A DNA stretch of 64,000 bases from Raja brachyura (Eukaryota). Under the pieces are notes generated by a model. That model was not told the origin of the DNA. It saw only the letters and a list, made by a program, of their open reading frames with translations, and made no database searches. Made by a program: the position numbers and the translations under genes. The stretch lies in contig OY740805.1 of NCBI GenBank assembly GCA_963514005.1, forward strand, positions 31,496,001 through 31,560,000. The letters are read 5' to 3'. Below, piece by piece: positions 1 through 12,860 of the stretch (its first letter is position 1; every line of letters begins with the position of its first letter).

Positions 1-312
1 TCAGGTAATCGCAGCGCAGAAAGATGACCAGGGGGGCATAGGTTCAAGATGAAGGGAAAAATATTTAATTGGAATCCGAAAAATAAGTTTTCCACACAGA
101 AGGTGGTGGGTATATGGAAGAAACTGCCAAAGGAGGTAGTTGAGGCTAGGATTGCCCCATCTTTTAATAAACAGTTGGACGGATACATTGATAAGACAGG
201 CTTCGAGAGTTATGGAACAAGAGCAAATAAGTGGGACTTGAGTAGCTGGGACGTTGTTGGCCTGTGTGGGAGGGCCGAAGGGCTTTTTTCCACACTGTAT
301 CACTCACTCCAT
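1..312 (+). mobile_element. CR1/HER1-like LINE 3' end, degenerate
   Basis: [20 protein letters not shown] matches the CR1 ORF2 C-terminus (F.QRVV..WN.LP..VV.A); gggccgaaggg 3' motif. Confidence 0.8.
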
Positions 313-510
313 GATCCTACTACTCGAAGGCGTTGTTTGGCAAATGTATTTCTCGTATATTGTAGGAACCTACTCCCTTCACTTGGAGCTAACAGTTATG
401 TATTTAATGACTTTATTTCAATTAATTTTATAATGCATTACATAGCTCCAACATTGAAGACAAAATTGCAAAATAAACGGTTCTTCAACAGAGTTTACTC
501 TTTCTTTCAG

Positions 511-546
511 AATTAGAGCACATAAAAGAAGAGCTTGAGAAAACAG
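511..546 (+). CDS. Gene A micro-exon, 36 nt (ELEHIKEELEKT)
   Basis: tttctttcag|...|gtgaga. Confidence 0.88.
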
Positions 547-3500
547 GTGAGAATAGACTGCGACGTTTTGGTGCCTTTGATTAATGCCTATCGAAAACAA
601 ATCGTTGGCAAAATACATGCTACAAAAACAGTCCCTATGTTGTCAATTAATAATTGTAGTTCTGGAAAGAATTGACTCCGCAAGAAGCGCTTCAGTTAAA
701 CGATCAAGACTTCTAATGCATCCTCGCTTTGCACTCATACTGCAGTGCTGATTATATGCGTAAAGCAACTGCTGATTTTAGTTTGCGCTGGGTTTGTCAT
801 TAAAAGGGTAAAGCATGTTAGCGTCTGCAAATTACGACAATGCGTTTACTATTTGTGTTAAATCTATTCTGTGTTTATAGCTCATAAATTGAAGAAGAAT
901 GATGCAGGTACGAAAGAATCAGAGAGTGGCGAAAATATTCTTCATGATTTGAGTATGGTAGCATTTATCTGCACGTTCATTGCTTTCAATAATCATTGTT
1001 CGACAATAATTGTGGCTTAATTATCTTTAGAAATTGCAGAACATCTGAAAAACGATGGTGAGTAAAAATAATCAGTTATACGAAAAAGAAAACATATTTG
1101 GAAGTGGCAGTCAGCATAAGTAGAGGGAGAGAGGAGGCCTCTGGTTATGAAACTTCGCAGAGTTCATTTTTTTTTAAACCACCAGACCTACTAACTGGCG
1201 TTCGCATACCTACGTACCACCACGGTTAGAAGAGTACTTCACTTATTTATCACTGGTGGTATCAAAACTACTTGAAGGTCGTGATATGAAAGCAGCCCGG
1301 AGAGACGGGTACGCTGGCACAGCAACAATTCCAGCATTGCCATTAAACCCGCCAACAATGGAGGTGTCGCTGTAGTCTGGTACGCTGACCTGAGTCTGAA
1401 AAACGATGCCGAATTTAAACGTCATCATTGTTCTGCATTGTACATCATGTCCCACTGAGATCCTGCAGCATTTTTTTTCTTTCCATTCGTTCCTTCCCGT
1501 TTCCGCTTTCTACAAAAATAAAGTATTGATTAGTATTATAGTCAGTCTGATTCTCGCAGTCACAACAAAGCACAAGGCAACGTGCGAATCTATTTGGTTT
1601 CCCAAGGGACACATTCTACACAATGACTTTTATAACTATTTTACTTGCAAGCTAACGTAAGAGGTCTTGGAATCTCATAATCAAGAATAACCGTTTCCTA
1701 AGGTTAAACTGTTATAGTTCTAAACATTGTCGTTTATATTAACATAAAAATCTGCAGGGTGTTCATGAGAAGCAGCGATTTGGCTAAACTTCGTGCTATT
1801 TTCTGTTTTTTTTGCTTTCGAGTTTTATATCATTTCATTTTTATTTTTCAGAAATACGTTTAAAAGAATCGAAATCAGGTTAGTGCATCCGAGTAACATT
1901 TACGATCTGAGAATCGAGTTTTTCCCTACTAAATTCAGTGACATAATTTCGGTCCTTTTTCCGAAGGGCGCTTGATACTATATATTTTGTTCACTATCGT
2001 CGAGGACAATTTTTTGGGCAATGGAAATATACAGAAATACATTTTGCGTGCATGCGCGCACACATTCATATTACCTCGCACGGTGAAGTAAATATGGAAT
2101 TAAAAGTGCATTTAAATTGTGCGCAAAATGAGGGGCGTTTTTTAAGTAAATGATTGACTTAGGGCAAATTTGGCCTTGTAATGCTCTGCGAAAAATTGGT
2201 GACAGATGTATTAACGGTAACTGGGTGATGCTCTGACACGGTTTGTAACTTTGGAGAGTGGGAACTCTGTGCGACGTTGTACGAACAGAGATAATTGCAA
2301 AATATGTTTCGCTTGGATGCTGTGTGTGGCTACGTGAGACAACTTTAAGTGTTGAATAAGTATGGAGAGATGAAAAGATATTTACTTTCTAATTTCAGAA
2401 TTAGACAAATTGGAAATCATTCGCAAGGACGTCGGTAAGCAGCGAAACCTGCTTTCGTTTGAAAATGCACGTGGATTAAGTACCCAAATCTCTAAACAAA
2501 ATAAAGCATGTTCTGCTTATCTCGAACGATGTGCTCCACTCGGTACACAAAATTCGCTAAATGCTTCTGGCTCTGTCATATGAAAGACCAAACAACCATG
2601 CTGAACCAGTGGTGCTTTGCTTGTCACATATTCAACTGCTCAGTGAAAATATTTGTACATAAATAACTTATTCTGGCGCCGCCATTTTAGGCGCAATTTT
2701 TCGATGTCCGTTTCCCTGCGCACGCGATGTACTGGGGCAGTTCCCCGAACCGACAGCCCTCTCCACCCCAGCGAAATGTTTGTCCCGGGGGCGCCTTCTG
2801 CAGCCGTCCTTAAAGGCGCTGGATGCAATAATCCGGTTCACCCTTCTACCGACCCTTGCTCCTCGGGTCCCGCAGGCCTTCCAGTGATTCCCGCCGAACG
2901 AGGAGCCTTAGAGCGGGCCCCGAAGAGCCTTAGCGCGGGCCCCGAAGAGCCTTCGAGCGAGGTCTCGCCGGACGACGAGCCTTCCGGCGAAGACCCCGCC
3001 CCGCCAAAAGTAATGCGTGAGATTAACGGAGAACGGAACACCAAAATAACAGTGCAGTTTCGAAAGTTGCACCTTCGCGATAGAATCCAAAGCCTATTAT
3101 ATTATTTCCAAAATACCTCTGCAGCAACATCTGTACAGCCCACCATATTAAAGCTGCTTTCCTGCTACTGCACCGTTTTACTTTTCTATCACACACACGA
3201 GTTTGCAAAACACAAACGTCCACTTGCACACTCGCGCGCACGCACATCGATCATATTGCTAAGTTCTCCATGTCACTGGACTTTTAAAGATCTGGTCGCT
3301 TTGCATTTCATTGCTCATCCCGTAGTGATATCGTAGGTGACGTTTTAAATTTTTTGAAAGTATTTTTAAATTCCTTAAAACGGTACCATGAGAATTGACA
3401 TTATTATTCGAAGGCATGCATTCCATATAATCAGAAGGTATTGCAATACATGGGATGGTACGGAAGGTTATTCTGCATGTAATTAACCAGGACTACTTTG

Positions 3501-6500
3501 CAGCAGACGTAGCGTCAATTATGTCCTGTGATTAATCGTGTGAAGCTGAATGGAACGTTAAACCATTCAATATGTCATTAATTTAATAACAGTATATGAC
3601 TAATTTGCACGTATGGCACGTAATCTTATATTCTATTTTGATTTTCAGAGGCATTGGTTAAGCAAAAGGATGAAGGTAAAGCATTTCCTGATTTTTCTGC
3701 GTCCCTTTTGATATTGCCGTTACAAAATACCTATGATAAACAGGTGGCAGTAAAACCAGTATATCATTGACCATAATGTCCAGGTAGCGTGAGTACATGA
3801 TGAATATTGAAACTTATGCTCTTCAAGCAAATACAGTTTCCGTAAAACACTGGTTAACACTTACCTTTCACTACAAAACTATACCACGCCGCTATTTGAA
3901 ATTAACATACTTGCAAGCTGAAGTTGTAACGACACAGCTTGTTTAATCGTGAGGTGATAGCTAAAACACGACGATTAATGAGCCACAATCAAGCATGAAT
4001 AGTAGCCAAGTTATATCCCATTTGGATTGACGGGCAGAAATAATCAAGTAGCACGTACATTTGTATCTATCTTCCTATTGCACGCAATACGTATTATTTG
4101 AGACTAACAATCAGGTGACATTAGGCCGAGGTTACTGCGGTTACACCTAAACACGAAAATGCAGGAAGTAACTGATGTCCCTGGTGCAAGGAATTTGGAG
4201 GTACTCAGCAATTTCTAACTTTGAAATGTGCCTTTGTGTTACAGAACTTGAAAGGCTACGAAATATTATTAGTAAGTCATGGCATCTGGCATTTAATGAT
4301 CAGGTTGCGTGCAGGCGTTGTATTGAAATTCACCATGAATTTATCAAGAATGATGTTCGGCTAACCCTCCGATATATTTCACACGGAAACGCTCATGTAT
4401 AGCAGAAACCGGCAAGGATAATTTAACTGAACACGAGACGGGATTTTGGCTGCGTAGTCTGTGACAGGTCGATTAAGGTGATTAATTTAATTCATTTATG
4501 TTATAGTTTCGTGCTTCATTTTCCCTTTTCCTATATATATATATTGACATTGTAAAAATTATGTAACGGGACGACAGGGAAACAACATCACACTTGGAAC
4601 ATAATTTAGACATAAAGTGTGAAGACTGGTAAACACGCCGAAGTATGTTATAATTGGTGAGAGATTGGGTAATTTGGAAATTGAATATGACCTGGTTTTC
4701 GTGTACAAATCATTCAATGCCTTGTATCGTTATGTAATTATGCACCCATGCAGAACAGACTGACTTCATCCATTTCACCACCAACGTCCATCCGGAACTG
4801 AAATTCACCTGGACCATTTCCGACATCTCCTTACCCTTTCTAGACGTCACTATCTCCTTCGCAGGTGACAGACTACTGACCGACATATACTGCAAACCCA
4901 CTGACTTCCATTGCAATCTGGACCACACATCTTCCCACCCTGCTTCTCTAAGAACTCTATCCCCTACTACCAATTGCTCCGTCTGCACCGCATGTGCACC
5001 CAGGATGAGGTGTTCCAAACCAGGGCATCGGAGATATTCTCATTCTTGAGCGAACGACGGTTCGCCTCTTCGACTATAGATGAGGCTGTCACCAGGGTCT
5101 CCTCTATATCCCGCAGCTCACTCTCACTCCCCATTCCCCCACTCATAACAAGGACAGAGTCCGCCTTGTCCTCACCTTCCACCCCATCAGCCGTCACATA
5201 CAACGGATAATCCTCAGACATGTTCGCCACCTCCAACAGGATCCCACCACTGGCCACATCTTCACATTTCCTCCTATTGCGGATTTCCGCAGAGACCGCT
5301 CCCTCCGTAACTCCCTGGTCAATTCGGCCCTTCCCACCCAAACCACTCCTCCCCCCCCCCCCCCCCGGTACTTTCCCTTGCAACCACAGCAAACGCTATA
5401 CTTGTCTCTTTACCTCCCCTCTCGACTCCATGCAAGGACCCAATCAGTCTTTCCAGGTGAGTCAGAGGTTCACCTACACCCCCTCCAATCTCATCTATTG
5501 CATCCGTTGCTCTAGGTGTCAACTGCTCTACATCGGTGAGACCACGTCCGGTCTTGGCGATTGCTTCGCCCAACACCTCCGCTCGGATCGCATTAACCAA
5601 CCTTAGCTCCCGGTGGCCCAGCACTTCAAATCACCCTCCCATTCCGAATCCTACCTTTCTGTCCTGAGCCTCCTCCATGGCCAGAGTGAGCCCATCGCAA
5701 ATTGGAGGAGCAACACCTCATACTTCGCATGGGCAGTTTACACCCCAGCGGTATTAACATTGACCTCAAATTTTAGATAGTCCTTGCTTTCTCCCTCCCT
5801 CCCTTCCCATTCCCCTCTCGTTCTCAGCTCTCCCAGGGCCTACTGTCTCCGCCTCTTTGTTTCATCCCCCCACCCACACCCCCACCCCCACATCAGTCTG
5901 AAGAAGGGTATCGAGCCGAAACGTCACTATTCCTTCGCTCCACAGATACTGGCTCACCCGCTGAGTTTCTCCAGCCTTTCTGTCCACCTAGGATGACAAT
6001 TAATATTCTGGCCTTGATGATGGTAGGATTTCAGCACGAAACTAAATGTATCTTTAATGGGGCAATGGTAAGACTACGATGGTTATAATGTGGATATATT
6101 TGCCCTCCCTACCAAATATGGAAAAACCTTTCCTGCAGGGGTTTACAGATTCGTCCAAATTCCTTTATCCCGATTTGCTGGAATGAGATGTCAATTCAAA
6201 TATATTACGGGGATGGATAGGCTTGATGGAAGATTAATGATTCCCATGAGGAAAGTGTCATAACCAACCATCTATGTCATTGGAAAGGGGTTTGTATCTT
6301 TGACGGAGATTAGAAGGAAAGTCTTATAGGGCAGTGAAACATTGGATTTAACTATCGCGGAGAAATCTAGCAATAACTGTGTAAAACTGAAAACAGCGTT
6401 ACCCCGTTTATACGTATGTCACAGGTACACAAAGGTAAACAGATAATATAAAAATGAACTTTAAAAGTATTTATTCGCCCGATAAACGTACAGAACTGCA

Positions 6501-6710
6501 AGGACTGGTTTGCGCTTGGAGGTTAGGATCTTAAATTAAAGGTTAATAATTACATGAGAAGCATCTTGAATTAATAGTTTGGGCACTGTAGAAATATTAA
6601 GAATTATAAACGATTATACAAGTTATTTCTCGAAGAGCATATATTTCTCATCGACGTTTACAACTCCCATGTCTTTGCCCCAACAGAGGATCGGGAAAAA
6701 ACGAATGCAG
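511..6710 (+). CDS. Gene A (3' part): micro-exon coiled-coil protein, 8 exons
   Basis: Exons 511-546, 881-907, 1031-1057, 1852-1878, 2399-2434, 3649-3675, 4245-4271, 6687-6710, all AG/GT and phase 1. Spliced: ELEHIKEELEKT-AHKLKKNDA-EIAEHLKND-EIRLKESKS-ELDKLEIIRKDV-EALVKQKDE-ELERLRNII-KDREKTNA. First residue assumes an upstream G. Terminal exon uncertain. Confidence 0.85.
881..907 (+). CDS. Gene A micro-exon, 27 nt (AHKLKKNDA)
   Basis: gtgtttatag|...|gtacga. Confidence 0.8.
1031..1057 (+). CDS. Gene A micro-exon, 27 nt (EIAEHLKND)
   Basis: ttatctttag|...|gtgagt. Confidence 0.85.
1335..1510 (+). mobile_element. Penelope-like element fragment, degenerate
   Basis: IKPANNGGVAVVW resembles the PLE RT motif IKPADKGGAVVVW. 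Confidence 0.5.
1852..1878 (+). CDS. Gene A micro-exon, 27 nt (EIRLKESKS)
   Basis: ttatttttcag|...|gttagt. Confidence 0.85.
2399..2434 (+). CDS. Gene A micro-exon, 36 nt (ELDKLEIIRKDV)
   Basis: ttctaatttcag|...|gtaagc. Confidence 0.88.
3649..3675 (+). CDS. Gene A micro-exon, 27 nt (EALVKQKDE)
   Basis: ttttgattttcag|...|gtaaag. Confidence 0.85.
4245..4271 (+). CDS. Gene A micro-exon, 27 nt (ELERLRNII)
   Basis: ctttgtgttacag|...|gtaagt. Confidence 0.85.
4740..5990 (+). mobile_element. Penelope-like retroelement 3' part (RT C-terminus, GIY-YIG endonuclease, pLTR tail), frameshifted
   Basis: HPELKFTW..LPFLDV; SNLIYCIRCSRCQLLYIGET (GIY-YIG); tail ctgaagaagggt..cgaaacgtc. Confidence 0.88.
6687..6710 (+). 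CDS. Gene A micro-exon, 24 nt (KDREKTNA)
   Basis: tctttgccccaacag|...|gtgaaa. Confidence 0.72.
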
Positions 6711-6769
6711 GTGAAATGTTTTATTTTATGGTTACATTATATATATTTTTTACCTGCTATTGAATCACA

Positions 6770-7237
6770 AACTGTTCCATGCAAGAACGCAAGAAATCTC
6801 AGTTGTGGACGCAGTCCACGCCTCCCTTCCATTAACTCCATCTGTACATCTCGCTGCCTCGGCAAGGCCAGCAGCAAAATCACGTATCAGTTTCACCATG
6901 CTCAATCCGACTTTCCAGCTCTACCATCAGCCAAGAGATACAGAAGTTCTAGAACGCATACCTCCAGATTCAGGACATTTCTTTTGAGCTGTTAGTGGGC
7001 AATTGAAAAGTCACTTGATCAGATAGTATACGGTCCAGACCTCGCACCTACTTCTTTGGAGACCCTGGAAAGTTTTTCAATCGGCTAAATGTTATATCTT
7101 CCGCTAATTAATGTACCCTCTATCCTTTACTTGTGCTCTGTGCACAGATTATATTCATGCATCGTGTTTTCTTTGAAAGTATGGCACGCAAAACAAACCT
7201 ATATGTTGTAACTCGGTACACGGGTTAATAATAAACT
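6770..7237 (+). mobile_element. Rex/Babar-like LINE 3' fragment
   Basis: LPSINSICTSRCLGKASSKI..LPSAKRYRSSRTHTSRFR, typical of the ORF2 C-terminus. Confidence 0.7.
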
Positions 7238-7428
7238 AAGGTAGACGAAAATGCTGGAGAAAATCAGCGGGTGTGGCAGCATCCATGGAGCGAAGGAAAT
7301 AGGCAACGTTTCGGGTGGAAACGATACTTCAGTATGAAGAAGGGTTTCGACCCGAAACGTTGCCTATTTCCCTCGCTCCATAGATGCTGCCTCACCCGCT
7401 GAGTTTCTCCAGCATTTTTGTCTACCTT
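7238..7428. mobile_element. Palindromic element made of two inverted Penelope-type terminal repeats
   Basis: aaggtagacgaaaatgctggaga...cttcag versus gaagaaggg...tctccagcatttttgtctacctt; about 95-nt arms, near-complementary. Confidence 0.8.
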
Positions 7429-7819
7429 CGATTTTGCAGCATCTGCAGTTCCTGCTTAAGCAATAGTAAACTAAATCGTTGTCCGATTTTATACATGGAC
7501 AGAGGGGGGAAATTGAGAATCCCACAGATTCACTATATTGTACGAGAGGTATTTTATTTGCACTTCACGTTTAACTTAGCTGTGATTTGACATATAACCA
7601 TGTCTATGTCGTTCGAGGATATATCATTTGTAGAAACGCGTTGGCATCTGTCATGTTGTGCTCCAATTATCACAAATACCTTTCAAGAAGGATTTAATTT
7701 ACCTAATCGTTCATTGCTTTCTGAGGCTTTGCTAGATAGCTCTCGTTTTCCACGTACTTGGGACGAAAACCGTGACTGCAGCCGAGGGACGAAAACCGTG
7801 ACTTCATCCGTGACTTTAA

Positions 7820-8835
7820 CATTGCCTTTTCTAACTTCACGTGTCCCTTGCTTCCCCTCTCCCTCCGTAGCTCTCCCTTCCCAGATCTCCGACCACTTAC
7901 TGTCTCCGACTACATTTTACCAAGTACAACGAGATCTGAGGGGCCCTTGTTCATCCGTCAATGAAAGTAAGCTTGCAGGTGCAGCTGGCAATGAAGAGAG
8001 CGAATGGCATGTTGCCCTTCATAACAAGTGGCGTTGAGTACAGGAGAAAAGTGGTCCTTCCGGAGTTGTATGGGGCCCTAGTGAGACCCAACCTGAAGAA
8101 TTGTGTGGAGATGTAGTCCCCTAATTTGAGGGAGGACAGCGCAGGTTTGCAAGGTTAATTCCCGGGATGGCGGGACTGTCTTATGCTGAGAGAATGGAGC
8201 GGCTGGGTTTGTACACGCTGGAGTTTAGAAGGATAATTGATTATTAAGGGTTTGGGCACGCTGGAGGCAGGAAACATGTTCCCGATGTTGGGGGAGTCCA
8301 GAACCATGGGGGAACAGTTTAAGAATAAGGGGTAAGCCATTTAGAACGGCGGCGAGAAATACCTCTACACACAGAGAGTTGAGAGTTTGTGGAATTATCT
8401 GCCTCAGAGGGCGGTGGAGGCCGGTTCACTAGATACTTTCAAAAGAGAGCTAGATAGGGCTCTTAAAGTTAGCGGAATCATGGGATATGGGGAGAAGGCA
8501 GGACCAGCCATGATCACGTTGAATGGCGGTGCTACCTCGAAGGCCCGAATGGCCTACACCTGCACCTATTTTCTATTGTCTATTGTCTATTTCCTATTGT
8601 TTATATCCCTGTTTGTTTTGCTGTTACCTTATTCCAGCTAATAATGCCCCGTTTTCACACCGTACACTTTCGTATCTATATATCTCCCTCTCCCCTGACA
8701 TAATTCTGAAGAAGGGTCTCGACCCGAAATTCTCACTCATTCCTTCTCCACAGAGACGCTTATATCCCTCTGAGTTACTCTAACATTATGTTTCTATATT
8801 CGGTGTAAACCAGCATCTGCAGTTTCTTCCTACAG
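7820..8835 (+). mobile_element. Penelope-type 3' tail interrupted by a CR1 3' fragment (about 7921-8600)
   Basis: CR1 motif WNYLPQRAVEAGSLDTFKRELD and (ctattgt)n tail; flanks match the PLE tail seen at 34745-35340. Confidence 0.75.
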
Positions 8836-11800
8836 GCTGCATCCGGGTCGGTCAAGAATGGCCAGTGTAACAAAATGGATGGATAGTGTAAACTGTAGGC
8901 TGGTTCGGTAAGATTTGGTTCAAAGGAGAAGGAAACGAAAAACACATGCTCCAATTTCACATTGTCATGTTCTGCCAAGTCGTTTCAAACGATTTTATTT
9001 TCAAAAATTGTGAAATCAAAATTAGCCATTGTCTGCTGCCTAATTTTACTTATTTTTAATTGCAGGTCGCGGGTAATCATATTGTCCTTTACGCGACAGC
9101 AGTATCGGAGCTCAAGAGAAAACAGTCTGTTTTCTTCAACTGGATGTATTTGCTTTATTTAAAATATGCTCGTAACACAATTTTATTATATACATTTTGG
9201 CATTACAGTATAAGTACCGCTTTCCATTATTAAAACAATCTGTAAAGCTGTGCATCTGTTCATCTTTTTCCAAGTGCTTTTGAACGGCACACAGAATCGT
9301 GTTTTAGAAAACAGCTTTACGAGGAAACATGCTCTGTGTGTTAAGTGGAAGGTGAAATTGTCACTGGATAGTGAAACAATGTTGTTTTTGTCAGAGAAAG
9401 GTTAGATGCCTAAAATAAGAAGCGGATTTTTGTTATTGATATCAACGAATCTTCCAGCTAGAGAGTGTAGAATAACTATTGAATTTTAGGCTGGATATGA
9501 TATTAAAGTTTCATCATCTTGTACTTTCTTATTTGAACCAGAATGTGACCGTAAAAATCTGGATGTTTGCGAACCGTGCATTACACATATTGTTCGGTTA
9601 AATAGATATTGATTTGCCTTGGATATGTGGGGCTCGTTCGAAGTGTTACCAATGCAGCTTTATAGCAGTATCACCGAATTGTTCCCATTTTCTATATTAG
9701 GCATAAGAACATGATAACAAAAACACTTTTTTTGGTAAAGAAAGACCAATATTGGAAACATTTTCTTCGAAATTAAGCGGCGGGCTGGGAAAGTGAAGAG
9801 TGTGTAGGGGGAGATTGAGTTCACTTCATCATAAGATAACGAACTCTCACATACTCTGAAAAGGGAACACCGTTTTTGAAATGCACACTGCATTTCTCTC
9901 TACGATAATGCTGCCCCACGTGTCCATTGTATTTTCAGTATTTCTCCACATGTTCAGCAATGTCATTCCATACCAGAGTTTCTTATAGCGTGTATCTATA
10001 GTTAAGAACTAGAAACGTTCTGTGCATCTTAGATTATTTTTGAATTCCTTTAAAGTAATTCAAATCAGTTAAATTCGGAAACTTACCTCTACTTCAGATG
10101 GACCTTTTAGATTAACTTTCCTCAAACGACGAAACACGGCATTCCATCATGCGAATCATTAACCACAAATGGGTAAAATTCGAACTAGTTAGATGTAGAT
10201 CTGAACTGAATAAACCGCCATCAAATCCGCCTCGTCACCATTCCCTTCTATAATTACAGGAAGCCACCAAAACGACATAATTGATTGTGGACTATTTATA
10301 AAGATGTTTGATTAATTCCTGAGTGGAGGCTGGGAGTACATCATACAGCATTTTAGTTCACATGTACGATTATCTGTTTAGCTACAACATAAATAAACCT
10401 TAAATTTATGCTCAAGTCGTTATATCCTTCTCAAATAATATAATTGTTTTCATGACGTAAGATCCATGCAGCCGCTTATCGTTGCAAATGCACGGTTTAA
10501 TGCTACTGTATTCATTTACTTCGCTATATATATGTGTGTTTACTTAATGACACTATTAATATTTCACTTCATATGTTATTCGGCTGGTTTGGATATTAAT
10601 AAAAATCATAACACGAATTGCATGCCTTTTACTAATTGACAAGAAGTCACGTAATGGAATCATTTCAGTGACGTTAGTGGAATATGAAAAATTATAGCAG
10701 TGGCAGACATGTATACGTACACTCTATTTACCAGCGGAATGGGGGCCTGGGATTTGCTTGTCTAGTCGAATATCCGCCGTTTTACCTTACATGTTACATA
10801 TGTCGGGCAGATATATTCCAGTGGTTATAATTTCTTCGAAGATAGCTGAAGATTCCTAGAGGCGATGTTCAGCTTATTTTAGAACATGAGTTTCTATATG
10901 ATATCGCTATCCACGGAAATGCGTAACCCCTTCGCCAATCCCTGAAGAATTTCGGAGTTTATACACTTCACAGCATTACAAATTTATACAACCATACAGT
11001 GAATGAATAATACACCAAGCTCTTCAAGACCGAATTAAGAAGAAAACACACAAACGTATCACAGCAATGCAGTATCTCCATTAGCCCATTTTTAATTCGA
11101 GCATCTTTGAAAATTCCACCACAGGCGTTCGGCTGTTTACATTAAATAGTGATATTCCAGAGGTCTCACCATTTGCACATGCAAAGTACACATATTAGCA
11201 CATATGGTCAAAAATGTTCCATGCGTTACACGCAACAGCCTAGGATAGAACAAGTTAAATATCTTATTGGACCATTCTGAACAGGTATAATATAATACAT
11301 TCTAACTAATTCGGTTGACCAATTCCGATTATTCCATGAATCACAATCACTTGGTCGCTTTCCGGTTCCGTGTAATAAATGGCGTATTTTTGACATGAAA
11401 TGTTAGAATTATTGTGATTAGACCTTCTCTGCAGGTGCTCTAATTACCATCCACTGGGGATGACGGTTGTTTGAAAACGTTATTTTTAAGAGCCCCGTGA
11501 TGTTTCGGCGCTACAATTGGTCCCATTTTCAGGATTTTTAAAATATATATGGAGCGTGGAATGTTTAAGAAGGAACTACAGATGTTGGTTTAAACCGAAG
11601 ATGGACACCAAATGCTGGAGTCAGATGAACAGGCAGCATGTCAGCTGTGAGAGCGGAAGATCAGATGGTGTGGGGAAGGAGTTTGAGAAAGCGAGTTCGG
11701 AGAGCTGAACGGATAATCGCTGTTGGACCGGGAGTAAGGGTCAACCACTTATCGGCAAGTTATAGCATGGTATGTTAAATTGGCAAATAACCTGATTAAT

Positions 11801-12578
11801 CCATTGACATCGAGCATTCACTAGGATAATGTGAATTAGGTTGTCTCGCAGCTATAGAATGAGCGAACGTGTGGAAGAAAATACTGCAGCGAGCCAAATG
11901 ATCGACAGTAGATGTCAATATCTCATTATCTATGGCTTAGAACGACCTTAAACAAAATCTGCAAATATTCTGACAAATACCAATAAACAATGGAATTTAT
12001 GGGTATTATAGCTTCCAATACACCCATTCCCCAGAGGAATGCTGATAATAGAAAGAGAAGGGTTAACATTAGCCTACTATTGATTTAAGAACAGCTCCTG
12101 CAACAGTGAAAAAACTGCCTAAGTGGGTAAAGAACAAAGCAGGCGCATTGCAGACTACAGCAACCTAACAGTGATAGCAAAGAGGCAGGCGGCCCAGGGT
12201 GTGGACATGAATACGGAGAATGATTCAGGGATGGGATAAACATCGCAGCGGACACCTGGTACGTAGGTAAAGCAATGCTCTGATTTCAAAGAAATTTAAA
12301 AGCGCACAACGTGTGATAAATCTGATATTACGTCAATTCAATGTCGGTTTATTAACAGTCAGATCAAGAAAATTGACGCGCTCCTAAAATGCTAAAAGGG
12401 GAAAACGGTATATTTATGTTTAACGTCCATCATGCCTTGTAAAGCAAGCCATAAGGATAAAAAATGGGGACAAATGTATGCTAAACCGAGATGGAGTCCT
12501 TTTACAGGTAGCACAGGTAACTGGAATGCCCCATATATTTTTTGGTAAATATATATTTAATAGAAACCCGAATATTTA

Positions 12579-12804
12579 TCTATATACTATTAAAACTCTG
12601 TGTGTGTGTCTGTGTGTCTGCCGACAGGGTGTGTGGGTGTATGTCAGATTTGCCCTTTGATTTTATGGTTCGCCAAAATCACACTTTCAAACACCGAGAA
12701 ATTTTCCATTTTGCTAGACATTTCACTTTTATATTCACGGATTCACTCCTCATTACATTTAGACATGTTTATGTACACGTTTTTAAATCAAATCCTTCAC
12801 TCCC

Positions 12805-12860
<56 letters not shown>

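Noticed and set aside
2653-3336. 227-aa ORF, the longest in the track
   Set aside because: Low-complexity P/S/A/E product from GC-rich DNA running into AT-rich intron; no domain and no convincing splice boundaries.
7528-7548. 21-nt candidate exon (DSLYCTR)
   Set aside because: Purine-rich acceptor region; size and sequence do not fit the family.
11249-11284. 36-nt AG..GT candidate micro-exon
   Set aside because: In-frame TGA and no pyrimidine tract.
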